From assembly GCF_006345805.1 (NCBI RefSeq), contig NW_021825030.1, positions 1 through 16,918 on the forward strand: a DNA stretch of 16,918 nucleotides. The letters are read 5' to 3'. Shown here piece after piece: positions 1 through 9,290 of the stretch. A program made the position numbers and the translations under genes. The DNA is from Octopus sinensis (Eukaryota). The notes beneath the pieces were generated by a model, which did no database searches, was not told where the DNA came from, and saw nothing but the letters and a program-made list of their open reading frames with translations. Each line of letters starts with the position of its first letter. The stretch's first letter is position 1.

Positions 1-441
1 CTTCAAACGGTGATGGAGGGTGAGGAGGTAGGACCTAGGATCCGGCATGATGGATACGGAAAAAAACGTTCGAAAAAACAAAAAAAACAAAAAACAAAAA
101 TTATCGTATGAAAAAATTGAAAAAAGGATAGCGAAAAAGGGGAAAAAACAAATGTTCAAAAAAAAAAAAAATAATAATCGTATGAAAAACTAGATAAGTA
201 AGCGATAGGGGCAGAAAAGACGGGGCAAACGGAAAAGGGAAAGAAAGAAGGGAAGCAGAGAGAGAGGAGGCCAAAAAAAGGGGGGTGCAGGCAGAGGAAA
301 CGGAGTATGGACATCCAGAGAGGGAAGAGAGACGGAAAGGAGAACAAAATTCAGGAAAATGTGGGAAGCATGAAATGAATGTAAAAAAAGTGGTAATATA
401 AGAGAAAATAAAAATACAACAAACGGGACAGTTTTGCGAAC

Positions 442-480
442 AAGTTCAAGGTTGAAAGTTCAAGGTTGAAAGTTCAAGGT
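442..480. repeat. 14-bp tandem repeat (AAGTTCAAGGTTGA) x ~2.8
   Basis: Exact copies at 442-455 and 456-469, partial copy at 470-480. Confidence 0.9.
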
Positions 481-681
481 GAGAAATGTGTAGACGTCGT
501 GGTATATTTTTTAAGGATTTCACATCAATGCAAAGTCACTTTGATCCGCGAAAGAGAGGTGCAGCCAATGGTAAGTATCCAAGAGGTAAAGAAAATCCAA
601 GGTAGAGGTAAGTGTTGATAGTGGTATTGGTAGAATATAGGATGAAAGTGAGACCACGTGAGCGCATAATATAACGGGAAG

Positions 682-940
682 CTTTATGAAAATAAACAAA
701 AGACGAAGGCAGGTGGAAGACAAACGAACAATTGTATTAGTATGGCGCTCAGGAAATATAAATAAAACAAGTCTTTAACGTTTCGAGCCTACGCTCTTCA
801 ACAGAAAGATACACAGAGAGAGAAAAACACAGAAAGAAGGAGAAAAAAATGCGTGCAGTAGCTAACGAATCAACATGGCGATCTGATTTCGGCCAGAGGT
901 CAAAGATCAAACATGAGACGCGAGAGCGAAATAAGGGGAG
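682..940 (-). mobile_element. Penelope-like element (PLE) terminal-repeat fragment; boundaries approximate
   Basis: The minus strand carries a minimal hammerhead-like motif (772-809) followed by TTCCTGAGCGCCA, which recurs as TTCTTGAGCGTCCA after the motif at 14805. Minimal hammerheads in terminal repeats are an established PLE hallmark. No PLE RT or GIY-YIG ORF seen. Confidence 0.55.
772..809 (-). ncRNA. Minimal type I hammerhead ribozyme-like motif with variant core
   Basis: Minus strand: UCUUU (stem I) CUGUUGA A GAGC-GUAG-GCUC (stem II) GAAAC GUU / AAAGA (stem I'). Stem I 5 bp, stem II 4 bp, stem III is only the palindrome ACGU. Confidence 0.6.
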
Positions 941-988
941 ATAATAGGGTTGATAAAAGGGTTGAGTGACCAGCTAAAAGTGCATGGG

Positions 989-1254
989 AGGGGTCTGGAT
1001 GTGTGTATGTATAGGGTTGGTGTATGTATTAATATGTATACGGGTGTGTGTGTGTGTGTGTGTATGAGAGAGTATTAGTGCGTAAGATTGGTCTGGACGT
1101 GCGTATGTATGGGGTTGGTGTATGTATTAGTATGTATTAGTACGTATTGGTATGTATAGGTGTGTGTGTGTGAGAGAGTATAAGTGCGTATGCGGGGTCT
1201 GGACGTGTGTATGTATAGGGTTGGTGTAAGTATTAGTATGTACTAGTATGTATT
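989..1254. repeat. ~100-bp minisatellite, ~2.6 units, GT-rich
   Basis: GGTCTGGA(T/C)GTG(T/C)GTATGTAT(A/G)GGGTTGGTGTA anchors at 992, 1090 and 1196 (periods 98 and 106, with a variable (GT)n inside). Confidence 0.85.
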
Positions 1255-1400
1255 CATATATATATATATATATATGTAATTATATATATATACATATACG
1301 TATACATATTATATATGTATATATATATATATATACGTATACATATGTATATAAATATATATTAATATATATATATATATATATATGCATATACGTATAC

Positions 1401-1437
<37 letters not shown>

Positions 1438-1489
1438 TATACGTATACATATGTATATATATATATATATAGCATATACGTATACATAG

Positions 1490-1520
<31 letters not shown>

Positions 1521-1572
1521 TGCATATACGTATACATATGTATATATATATATATATATGCATATACTATAC

Positions 1573-1617
<45 letters not shown>

Positions 1618-1633
1618 CGTATACATATGTATA
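1255..1633. repeat. Compound satellite: CATATACGTATACATATG core separated by variable (TA)n, block 1
   Basis: About 8 copies of the 18-nt core (some with point variants) between TA runs. Confidence 0.9.
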
Positions 1634-2023
1634 TCATCATCATCATCATCATCATTTAGCGTCCGTTTTCCATGCTAGCATGGGTTGGACGGTTCTACTG
1701 GGGTCTGTGAAGCCAGAAGGCTTCATCAGCCCAGTCAAATCTGCAGTGTTTCTACGGCTGGATGCCCTTCCTAACGCCAACCACTCCGTGAGTGTAGTGG
1801 GTGCTTTTTACGTGCCACCCGCACTGGTGCCAGACAGAGCTGGCAAACGGCCACGAACTGATGGTGCTTTTTATGTGCCACCGGCACGAGGGCCAGGCGA
1901 GGCTGGCAACGGACACGAAACGGGGCGGTGCTGGCAACGGTCGCGAAACGGAAAGTTCTCTTACATGCCACCGGCACTGGTAACACATCTGCAATTTCCA
2001 TTGATCGATTTCCATTGATCGAT
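1634..2023 (-). mobile_element. RTE-type retroposon 3' end or non-autonomous RTE-tailed element with (TGA)n tail
   Basis: (CAT)7 at 1635-1655 is a (TGA)n tail on the minus strand. TTCCATGCTAGCATGGG and CTGGATGCCCTTCCTAACGCCAACCAC are shared with the 3' end of the RTE copy at 5031-5185. No RT coding sequence. Confidence 0.7.
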
Positions 2024-2059
2024 ATATATATATATATACATATATGCATATACGTATAC

Positions 2060-2105
<46 letters not shown>

Positions 2106-2118
2106 CATATACGTACAC

Positions 2119-2177
<59 letters not shown>

Positions 2178-2190
2178 CGTATACATATGT

Positions 2191-2222
<32 letters not shown>

Positions 2223-2229
2223 GGTATAC

Positions 2230-2273
<44 letters not shown>

Positions 2274-2299
2274 ATATATATATATACATATACGTATAC

Positions 2300-2341
<42 letters not shown>
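2024..2341. repeat. Compound CATATACGTATACATATG/(TA)n satellite, block 2
   Basis: About 5 core copies between TA runs. Confidence 0.9.
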
Positions 2342-2346
<5 letters not shown>

Positions 2347-3846
2347 CTATTCATAAAGGAGGTAGCAGAGCGGAGGCCAAGAACTACAGACCTATCTCTC
2401 TGACCTCACACATCAGCAAGGTCATGGAACGAATAGTCAGAAGGAAACTAATCACCTTCCTTGAAGAAAATGACTTGCTGCCTGACACCCAACATGGTTT
2501 CCGACCAGGAAGAAGCTGCTTAACTCAGCTCCTGCAGCACTATGACTGGGTGCTGAAACAACTGCTCAACCACTCAAATGTGGAAGTCATATATCTCGAC
2601 TTCGCAAAGGCCTTCGATAAAGTCGATCATGGAATGATATGTCACAAACTGCGTGATCTTGGCATAGTTGGAAAACTAGGAGAATGGCTTCACGACTTTC
2701 TGAAGAATAGAAGTCAGGTGGTAGTAGCCAATGGGGCCACTTCCATTAGCACGCAAATAGTGAGCGGTGTTCCACAGGGCACTGTTTTGGGACCACTACT
2801 GTTCATAATGGCCCCTCAGCCACGCGGAGAACCACGATCACAAGTTATGCAGATGATACAAACGTTTCACAGGCAATACAGAACCCTGAAGACACTAGGC
2901 ACCTGCAATATGAGCTGGACGAAATATACAAGTGGGCTGAAAAGAATAGCATGCAGTTCAATGCTGAAAAGTTTCAAGCTTTATACTATCAGCATGCAAA
3001 ACTGAATGCAATACCCAAGGAATACACTGGACCCGGAGGGATTGCAATCCCAGAGGCACAATCAGTGCGTGACCTGGGTATTCACATGAGTGATGACGCG
3101 ACCTTTCATGTACATGTTGCTAAACTGACAATGAAATGCAGACGGCTGGCTGGATGGATTCTTAGAACCTTTAGAACAAGAGAACAAGAAACCATGATGG
3201 TCCTCTGGAAGACACTTGTCCTAAGCCACTTTGACTATTGCTCTCAGCTATGGTCACCATCCAGTGTCAAGTTGATCACAGAACTTGAGGCGATCCAACG
3301 AAGCTACACGAAGAAGATAGCCTCTATGCAGAATGTAAGCTACTGGGAAAGACTCAAGAGATTAAAATTATATTCCCTGGAGCGTAGGCAGGAAAGATAT
3401 GCCATAATATACATCTGGAAGATCCTGGAGGGAAGTGTCCTGAACTTTGGCATCGAGAGTAACGCAAATGCCAGAACTGGGCGCCACTGCGTGGTGCCTA
3501 GGACTCCAAACCTGCCATCAAGATGTAGGACAAGATTCTGTGATAGCCTGGGCTTCCGAGGCCCACAGCTCTTCAATATCCTCCCGAAGAACCTGAGAGA
3601 CCTGCATGGGGTGGATACAGATGTCTTTAAAATGGAGCTGGATCTCTTCCTGTCAGATGTCCCAGATGAACCAACTTCACGGCAGGGGGGGCAGATGAGG
3701 GCAGCTGCATCGAACTCTCTCATACACCAAATAGCAGTTGCTAGAAAGCCTCATGAAGTGAAACCAAGTAGCAACACCAAATGGCGGTGCCCCAGCATGG
3801 CCACAGCTCATAAGCTGAAACTAGACTCAATCAATCAATCAATCAA
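2342..3846 (+). mobile_element. 5'-truncated CR1/L2-group (Jockey-superclade-like) LINE, ORF2 reverse transcriptase plus C-terminal region, one frameshift, (TCAA)n tail
   Basis: RT motifs [38 protein letters not shown] and [13 protein letters not shown] lie in the 2121 frame. YADDT (2846-2860) lies in the 2951 frame, so the frameshift is at ~2811-2815. C-terminal LDYCSQLW/SYWERL/YSLERR block typical of CR1/L2-like ORF2. Tail TCAATCAATCAATCAATCAA at 3827-3846. Confidence 0.92.
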
Positions 3847-3863
3847 TATACATATACGTATAC

Positions 3864-3912
<49 letters not shown>

Positions 3913-3924
3913 CGTATACATATG

Positions 3925-3964
<40 letters not shown>

Positions 3965-4011
3965 TATATATAATATATACATATACATATATATATATAT
4001 ATATATATAAT
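3847..4011. repeat. Compound CATATACGTATACATATG/(TA)n satellite, block 3
   Basis: 2 core copies (at ~3851 and ~3907) plus TA runs. Confidence 0.85.
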
Positions 4012-4347
4012 AAAAAATTGCAGCGTGGAAGGTGCTTATAAGCCATTTAAGAAACACGCAAAAGCCATTCGATTCACTTCCACATATAAGTTTAATTGTC
4101 AAAATATTTTCGTCGGTAAAATCCGCTACCTGTTCACTGACAGGTGCAGCACGGATTTTTTTCAGTGAACAGGTCGCGGATTTTAGCCTCGAAAATATTT
4201 TGACAAATTAAACTTATATGTTGAAGTGAATTGAACGGCTTTTGTGTGTTTCTTAAATGGCTTATAAACACCTTCCACACTGCAATTGTTTTCGTTTCAG
4301 CACACGATCTCAGATCAAATTACTTGCTATGCGAGTACATCTCCGTA
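4012..4347. mobile_element. Foldback/MITE-like element with ~125-bp inverted arms
   Basis: 4016-4140 (AATTGCAGCGTGGAAGGTGCTTATAAGCCATTTAAGAAACAC...GTTCACTGA) is the near reverse complement of 4162-4287, with a 21-nt spacer. An unpaired extension 4292-4347 ends in CTCCGTA next to a TA run. No transposase. Confidence 0.8.
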
Positions 4348-4363
4348 ATATATATCTATATAT

Positions 4364-4980
4364 CAGAGATAAGGAAACCATGATGGTCCTCTGGTGGACA
4401 TCCGTCCTCAGCCGCCTGGATTACTGCTCACAGCTATGGTCACCCACCAGTGTAAAATTAACAGCGGACCTTGAAGCAATCCAGAGAAAATCACAAAGAA
4501 GATTGTCTCTTTGCAACAGCTCAGCTACTGGGAAAGGTTGAAACAGCTAAGACCCTACTCCCTGGAGAGAAGACGGGAGAGGTATGCAGTAATATATGTT
4601 TGGAAGATCCTGGAAGGAATTGTGCCAAATTTTGGCATAGTGCCAAAGATCCCAGCAATGCCATCACGCTTCAAGACCAGCTTCTGCAACAGCCTGGGTT
4701 TCAAGGGCCCACAGCTTTTTAATATTCTCCCAAAGAGTCTGAGGAACTTGCACAAAGTAAATGTAGCGGTTTTTAAATCAAAGCTGGACATCTTCCTGTC
4801 AAGAGTCCCAGATGAACCTACCTCACGGCAAGAGGTGCAAATGAGAGTAGCTATATCAAACTCCATTCTTCACCAAGTGCCACATATTAGACGAGGTTCG
4901 TCCTAATAACAGTGTAGCACAAAATGGCGGTGCATCAGCATGGCCGCAGCTTTGAGCTTAAACTAGAAAAAATAAAAATA
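4364..4980 (+). mobile_element. Second 5'-truncated CR1/L2-group LINE 3' fragment (diverged subfamily of the 2342-3846 copy)
   Basis: ETMMVLW..VLSRLDYCSQLWSP and SYWERLKQLRPYSLERRRERY..VPDEPTSRQ align with 3175-3720. One frameshift near 4488; 13-codon internal deletion near 4635; stop at 4904-4906; conserved 3' motif GGCGGTGCATCAGCATGGCCGCAGCT; A-rich tail. Confidence 0.9.
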
Positions 4981-5030
4981 TTTATATATATATATATATA
5001 TTTATGTATGTATGTATATGTATATATATA

Positions 5031-7442
5031 TCATCATCATCATCACCATTTAATGTACGTATTCCATGCTAGCATGGGTGAAATGGTGCCACAACAGCTG
5101 GCTCGGCCGAAGCCTGCACCAGGCTTCTGTGACTGTTTTGACAGAATTTTTACAGCTGGATGCCTTTCCTAACACCAACCACCAAGAAGTAGTACAAGGC
5201 TACTTGGCTGAAGAGATAAAGATCAGGAATGAAGACAGAAACAGGTCTGCTACCACAAAGAAAATACACAGTTGCCGAACCTGAGGGAAGTGCAGGAGGA
5301 GAGAGAGAGAGAGAGAATGGGATATGGTGGCAAAATGCCAAGCATGCTCACAAGGAACAGGGATCAGGGTATAAATGAGATCTTTGAGTAAAGGAAGAGA
5401 GAAATATAGATAGTAGCAAGTGCCAGGGCATACCCTTGAGGTTCAAATGCCATAATTATAAGTGACAGGATATTGAGAAGGGAATGCAATTAAAGAGTGT
5501 GAGCAAGTGGTGAAAGACCTGGGTATATATAGAGTTAGAGGGGCTACTGGATAGCAATGATACAGTACACCAGGGGTGTAAGTACAGGATTAGGGTGTGA
5601 GAGCTAGTGAATGAAAGAGGAAATGTGAGAAAGAGAAGAGATGTAAATTGGTTTGTTGGGGTAGGGTGAGGGAAAAGTTTTCTAGTTATGTGTGGGTGGA
5701 ATACCCAGGTCAGGAGTTAGCAGGTGGCAATAATAGAGTGAAACAAGGCATGGAGTGGAAATGTGAGGAAGAGAAGGAATGTAGTGACGGACTTTGGTTT
5801 GTTGCGGAAGTGTGTGAGAAGTTTTCTACACAGTACTTCTAGAACTCAATTTTACTGATGTGGGCAGGTTTTTTGAAGAACTTCATATCACCAGACATCT
5901 CGGTCCATGGTCATTTCATCTGTGAGGTTCAACTTCCTGTGATCAGTCCTTACCACTTCATCCCATGTCTTCCTGGGTCTCCCTTTTCCACTGGTACCAT
6001 ACACTTTCAGTGATCGGCACTTCTTTATGCAGCTATCGTCATTCATATGCATCACATCTCATTCACATGTCCAAACCAACATAGTCTTCTTTCTTGTATG
6101 CCACATTTGATTCCTCTTATGCCCAACTTTTCTCTCAATACATTTGCACTTTGTCTTACATGTGCACTGTTGTTGCACATCCAACAGAACATACTACCTT
6201 CATTTCTCTCCAGTCTATGCATGTCTTCAGCATTCAGAGCCCATGTCTCACTACCATGAAGTATAGCTGTTCATACACAAGCATCATATAGTCTACTTTT
6301 CATTCTGAGAGAGAGGCCTTTTGTTGCCAACAGAGGAAATAGTTGTCTGAACTTCCTCGACTCAATTCTTATTCTAGAAACGATACTTTCAGAGCTAATT
6401 TGGTCACCTAGGTAACAGAAACTATCTACAACCTCAAGAGAGCCTCCTGGGCATTTCAGAGAATCTAATTCCTGTGTGTTCATAGTGCTTATTGTTCCTG
6501 CACATCTGCCATATACAAAGACTACTCTATCTGTTAATCTACCTTTGATTCCTCTGCATCTCTTATGTGTCCATAGTTTACACTGGGTGCAGTGAATGGA
6601 ATTTCTTCCAACTAACTTTCCTACATTTACCTGATGGAAAGGAAGTTTTATTTTCTTTCTTTCTAACAACCACTTTTGTTTTAGCTAGGTTAACTTTAAG
6701 GCCCTTTAATTCTAAGTTTTGTTTCCTCACCTGGAATTTCTTTTCTAATTCTGCCAAAGATTCTACAATAAGAGCAAGGTCATCAGCATATAGTAGTTCC
6801 CCTTGCCACCCAATATTGAATTTCTCTGTTATGGCCTGGAGGACTATAATGAATTAGAGGGGGCTGAGAACTGAGCCCTGGTGAACCCTTACCTGAATGC
6901 TAAATTCATCACTATATTCATGGCTGACTCTCACCTTATTGACAGCACCACTGTACATGAGTTGGACAACTCTAACAAGCCGCTCCTCTACTCCTAACTT
7001 CCTGAGAGATCAACATGTAACAGCAGGGAACTCTGTTGAAAGCTTTCTCCAGGTTGCCAAAGGCTAAGTACAATGGCTTACTTGTGGCCTAGTACTTTTC
7101 CTGCAGCTGTCTCCCAGGTACAAAACCAAACTGCATCTCATCTAGTTTAATTCTATTTCTAATCAATTGAACTATAACCCTCTCAGTAATTTTCATATAC
7201 CTGGTTTAGCAGTTTAATACCTCAGTAGTTGTTTCTATCTAAGGCATCACCTTTACCCTTATAGCAGTTAACTGTAATGCTACTACACCAGTCGTTGGGG
7301 ATGATGCCTTCCTGAATAACCTGATTAACTGTATGGGTGACTAAGCTGTATCCTACACCCCTGGAAATTTTAATCATCTTGGCAGTGATTCCTGATGGCC
7401 CAGGAGTTATCCCTGTCTCATGTCCTTAATTGCCTTATCTGT
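5031..7442 (-). mobile_element. Decayed 5'-truncated RTE-clade LINE (RT remnant ~5860-7442, putative 3' UTR ~5050-5860, (TGA)n tail)
   Basis: Minus strand: PGPSGITA, CYKGKGDALDRNNY, HQGSVLSPL*(stop at 6854-6856), LLYADDLAL (YADD 6779-6790), NSIHCTQCKLWTHKRC, LYDACV, REKLGIRGIKCG, KGRPRKTWDEVVR. (CAT)n at 5031-5048. That 5200-5860 belongs to the same insertion is inferred from collinearity. Confidence 0.85.
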
Positions 7443-7445
7443 CTT

Positions 7446-7620
7446 ACACACACACACACACGAGACAGGCTTCCCCACTATTTCTATTTACCAAATTCGC
7501 TCACAAGGCATAAGTCAACATAGAGTTCTAGCAGATGACATTTTACCAAGGTGCTGTACTGTAGGACCAAACTTAAAACTATGTGTTTGCAAGGTGAACT
7601 TTTTAACTATGCAACCATAT
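7446..7620 (-). mobile_element. Degenerate 5' half of a tRNA-derived CORE-type SINE ending in a (GT)n tract
   Basis: Minus strand: A-box-like TGGTTGCATAGTTAA, B-box-like AAGTTTGGTCC, CORE-like GCACCTTGGTAAAATGTCATCTGCTAG, then GCCTTGTGAGCGAATTTGGTAAATAGAAA, then (GT)n at 7446-7461. Family recognition is from memory of octopus SINEs. Confidence 0.5.
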
Positions 7621-8388
7621 TGCAAAAATCATAGCCTCTGTCATTCCCCTGCTGACTATCTTATATAAAAAAAACAAATAAATCATGCAATTATTTTTTT
7701 TATCACTTTACCTCTTAATATCATATGGACACAAGCTGAACCATATGATATTAGAATATGTAATTCAGTACACTACATCATTTAAATATATTCAGGTTTG
7801 GGGTAGTGTAAGTAAATCAACTTAGTTGCATAATTTCCATTTTTGTATGCAATAAAAACATCCTATTATATTTTTGACAGACCAATAGGAATCCGTTATA
7901 TGATGTTTTGACTTTCAAACTGACCAACATTTTCTGCTGAGTTTAAAGTTTAATATTGGTTACTTTTTGAGATTGACAGCCACTTTTTATTGTGGTGGGA
8001 TAGGGTTGACTCCATTATATCACTGGTTGTTATTTTAATCAACTTTGGAAGAGTGAATGATAAAGTCAGTTCTGACAGGATTTAGATGCAGCTAAATGCA
8101 AGTAAATGCTTTAACTTCACACTCCTTTGTTTCTACTTCCACCTTTTTTACTACAGCCAATTCATAGTATATGTAAACACATTTTGCCAAAATAACACCC
8201 ATTTTGCTTCTAGTCTTTTTGAAAGTTACTTGTTTAATTTACAAAACTTCTTGAATTTTCTTATCTAATAGTTGAGCCAGGACTACTAATATTTTATCAA
8301 CAATTTGCCTTTTTGATGATCTCAGCTTTTATAAATTAATTTCTTAAAATTTGGATAAATTTTATATGTGAATATTTGGAAACTTCAG

Positions 8389-8517
8389 GTGTATTAAGAC
8401 AAAGAAAGGAAGAAACTGCATGTTGTGGTCACACACTTATGATAATTAAACATGAAATATGTTGTGATGGTGAAAAAAAAATGAAATACAACAATTCACA
8501 ATGCTGTGGAAAGGAAG
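8389..8517 (+). CDS. Galaxin-like Cys-Cys repeat protein, exon A (phase 1-1, 129 nt)
   Basis: Acceptor aacttcag|, donor gaag|gtagtt. Encodes (G)VLRQRKEETACCGHTLMIIKHEICCDGEKKMKYNNSQCCGKE with three CC doublets. Confidence 0.8.
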
Positions 8518-8848
8518 GTAGTTATATCAGTTTTATAAAACTTTTGATTTTAATCATTTGAACTTGATTGGGGAGGTAGTATAATTTGTAAAATTTGGCA
8601 GAACTTTTTAAAAGATATTTTTTTTAAATGGTTTACTCAATGTATGTTATCTTATAAAGAAAATAAAAGTGAAACAATTATGATTTGAATAGTTTCATCC
8701 TGACTGCAGAGGGAGTCTTATTCCTAAAATTTGACTGGACAAATTAAAAGATATTTGCTTGACAAATATTGAGGAACAAATATGGTTGCTAAGAAAGTGG
8801 ATTCGAATGGAAAGCAATTTTTTTGTCAAAATCTGAAAATAGTAACGG

Positions 8849-8897
8849 TCATCATTGTTTTTACATCCACTTTTCCATGCTTCCATGCATGAGACGT
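8849..8897 (-). mobile_element. Short degenerate RTE-type 3' tail
   Basis: CATCATTGTTTTTACATCCACTTTTCCATGCTTCCATG resembles the tails at 1635-1685 and 5031-5078. Confidence 0.4.
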
Positions 8898-9230
8898 AGC
8901 ATTTTCTAATATTTTCTTCTTTGAAAGGTTTAGATTTCTGTAATTTGTCAATCTTTTGAAGACTCAAATTGGGAGTAAAGGATAGATAATGATTGGAGTG
9001 GGATTTATTGAAATTAGTTACAATCCAAGAATTTTAAATCACAGAGATTTTTAGAATACTATTTTTATTCAAACCAATTTAGAAAATCCTGCTCAAAATG
9101 TTAGAATTCTTTACTTGCCATAGCACACTGATATAATCCATTCTTTTAAAAACTTTATTAAAGTCTTATCATTTTATTTTTCATTTTTATTATTTTATTT
9201 ATGTTTATTTTATTTTGTTTTATATTTTTA

Positions 9231-9290
9231 TTGGCAGAGTCGTTAGCATGCCAGGCATTTCAATTTCCACAGAGGTTGACTTTACTTTAT
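9231..9290 (+). mobile_element. Possible internally deleted tRNA-derived SINE head
   Basis: TGGCAGAGTCGTTAGCATGCCAGGC (A-box-like) joined to TTCAATTTCCACAGAGGTTGACTTT (B-box remnant); resembles an octopus SINE head from memory only. Confidence 0.35.

Noticed and set aside
1255-1633. CRISPR-like look of a constant 18-nt core with variable spacers
   Set aside because: The spacers are just (TA)n, there are no cas genes, and the DNA is eukaryotic.
1575-2018. 147-aa ORF with repeated GAFYVPPA
   Set aside because: It starts in a microsatellite and reads the antisense of a retroposon tail; the peptide repeat only mirrors the DNA modules.
1248-2356. Many Tyr/Ile-rich ORFs and HHHHHHH runs in the ORF track
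   Set aside because: Translations of (TA)n and (CAT)n microsatellites, which lack stops in some frames. The same applies to 3839-4102 and the N-terminus of 2121..3005.
3340-3723. Minus-strand ORFs 3340..3723 and 4555..4866 that resemble each other
   Set aside because: They are antisense shadows of the homologous LINE ORF2 C-termini.
7796-7807. Possible 12-nt microexon (ttcag|GTTTGGGGTAGT|gtaagt)
   Set aside because: In phase 1, which exon A needs, it contains TAG. It is usable only if another unseen exon intervenes; no support.
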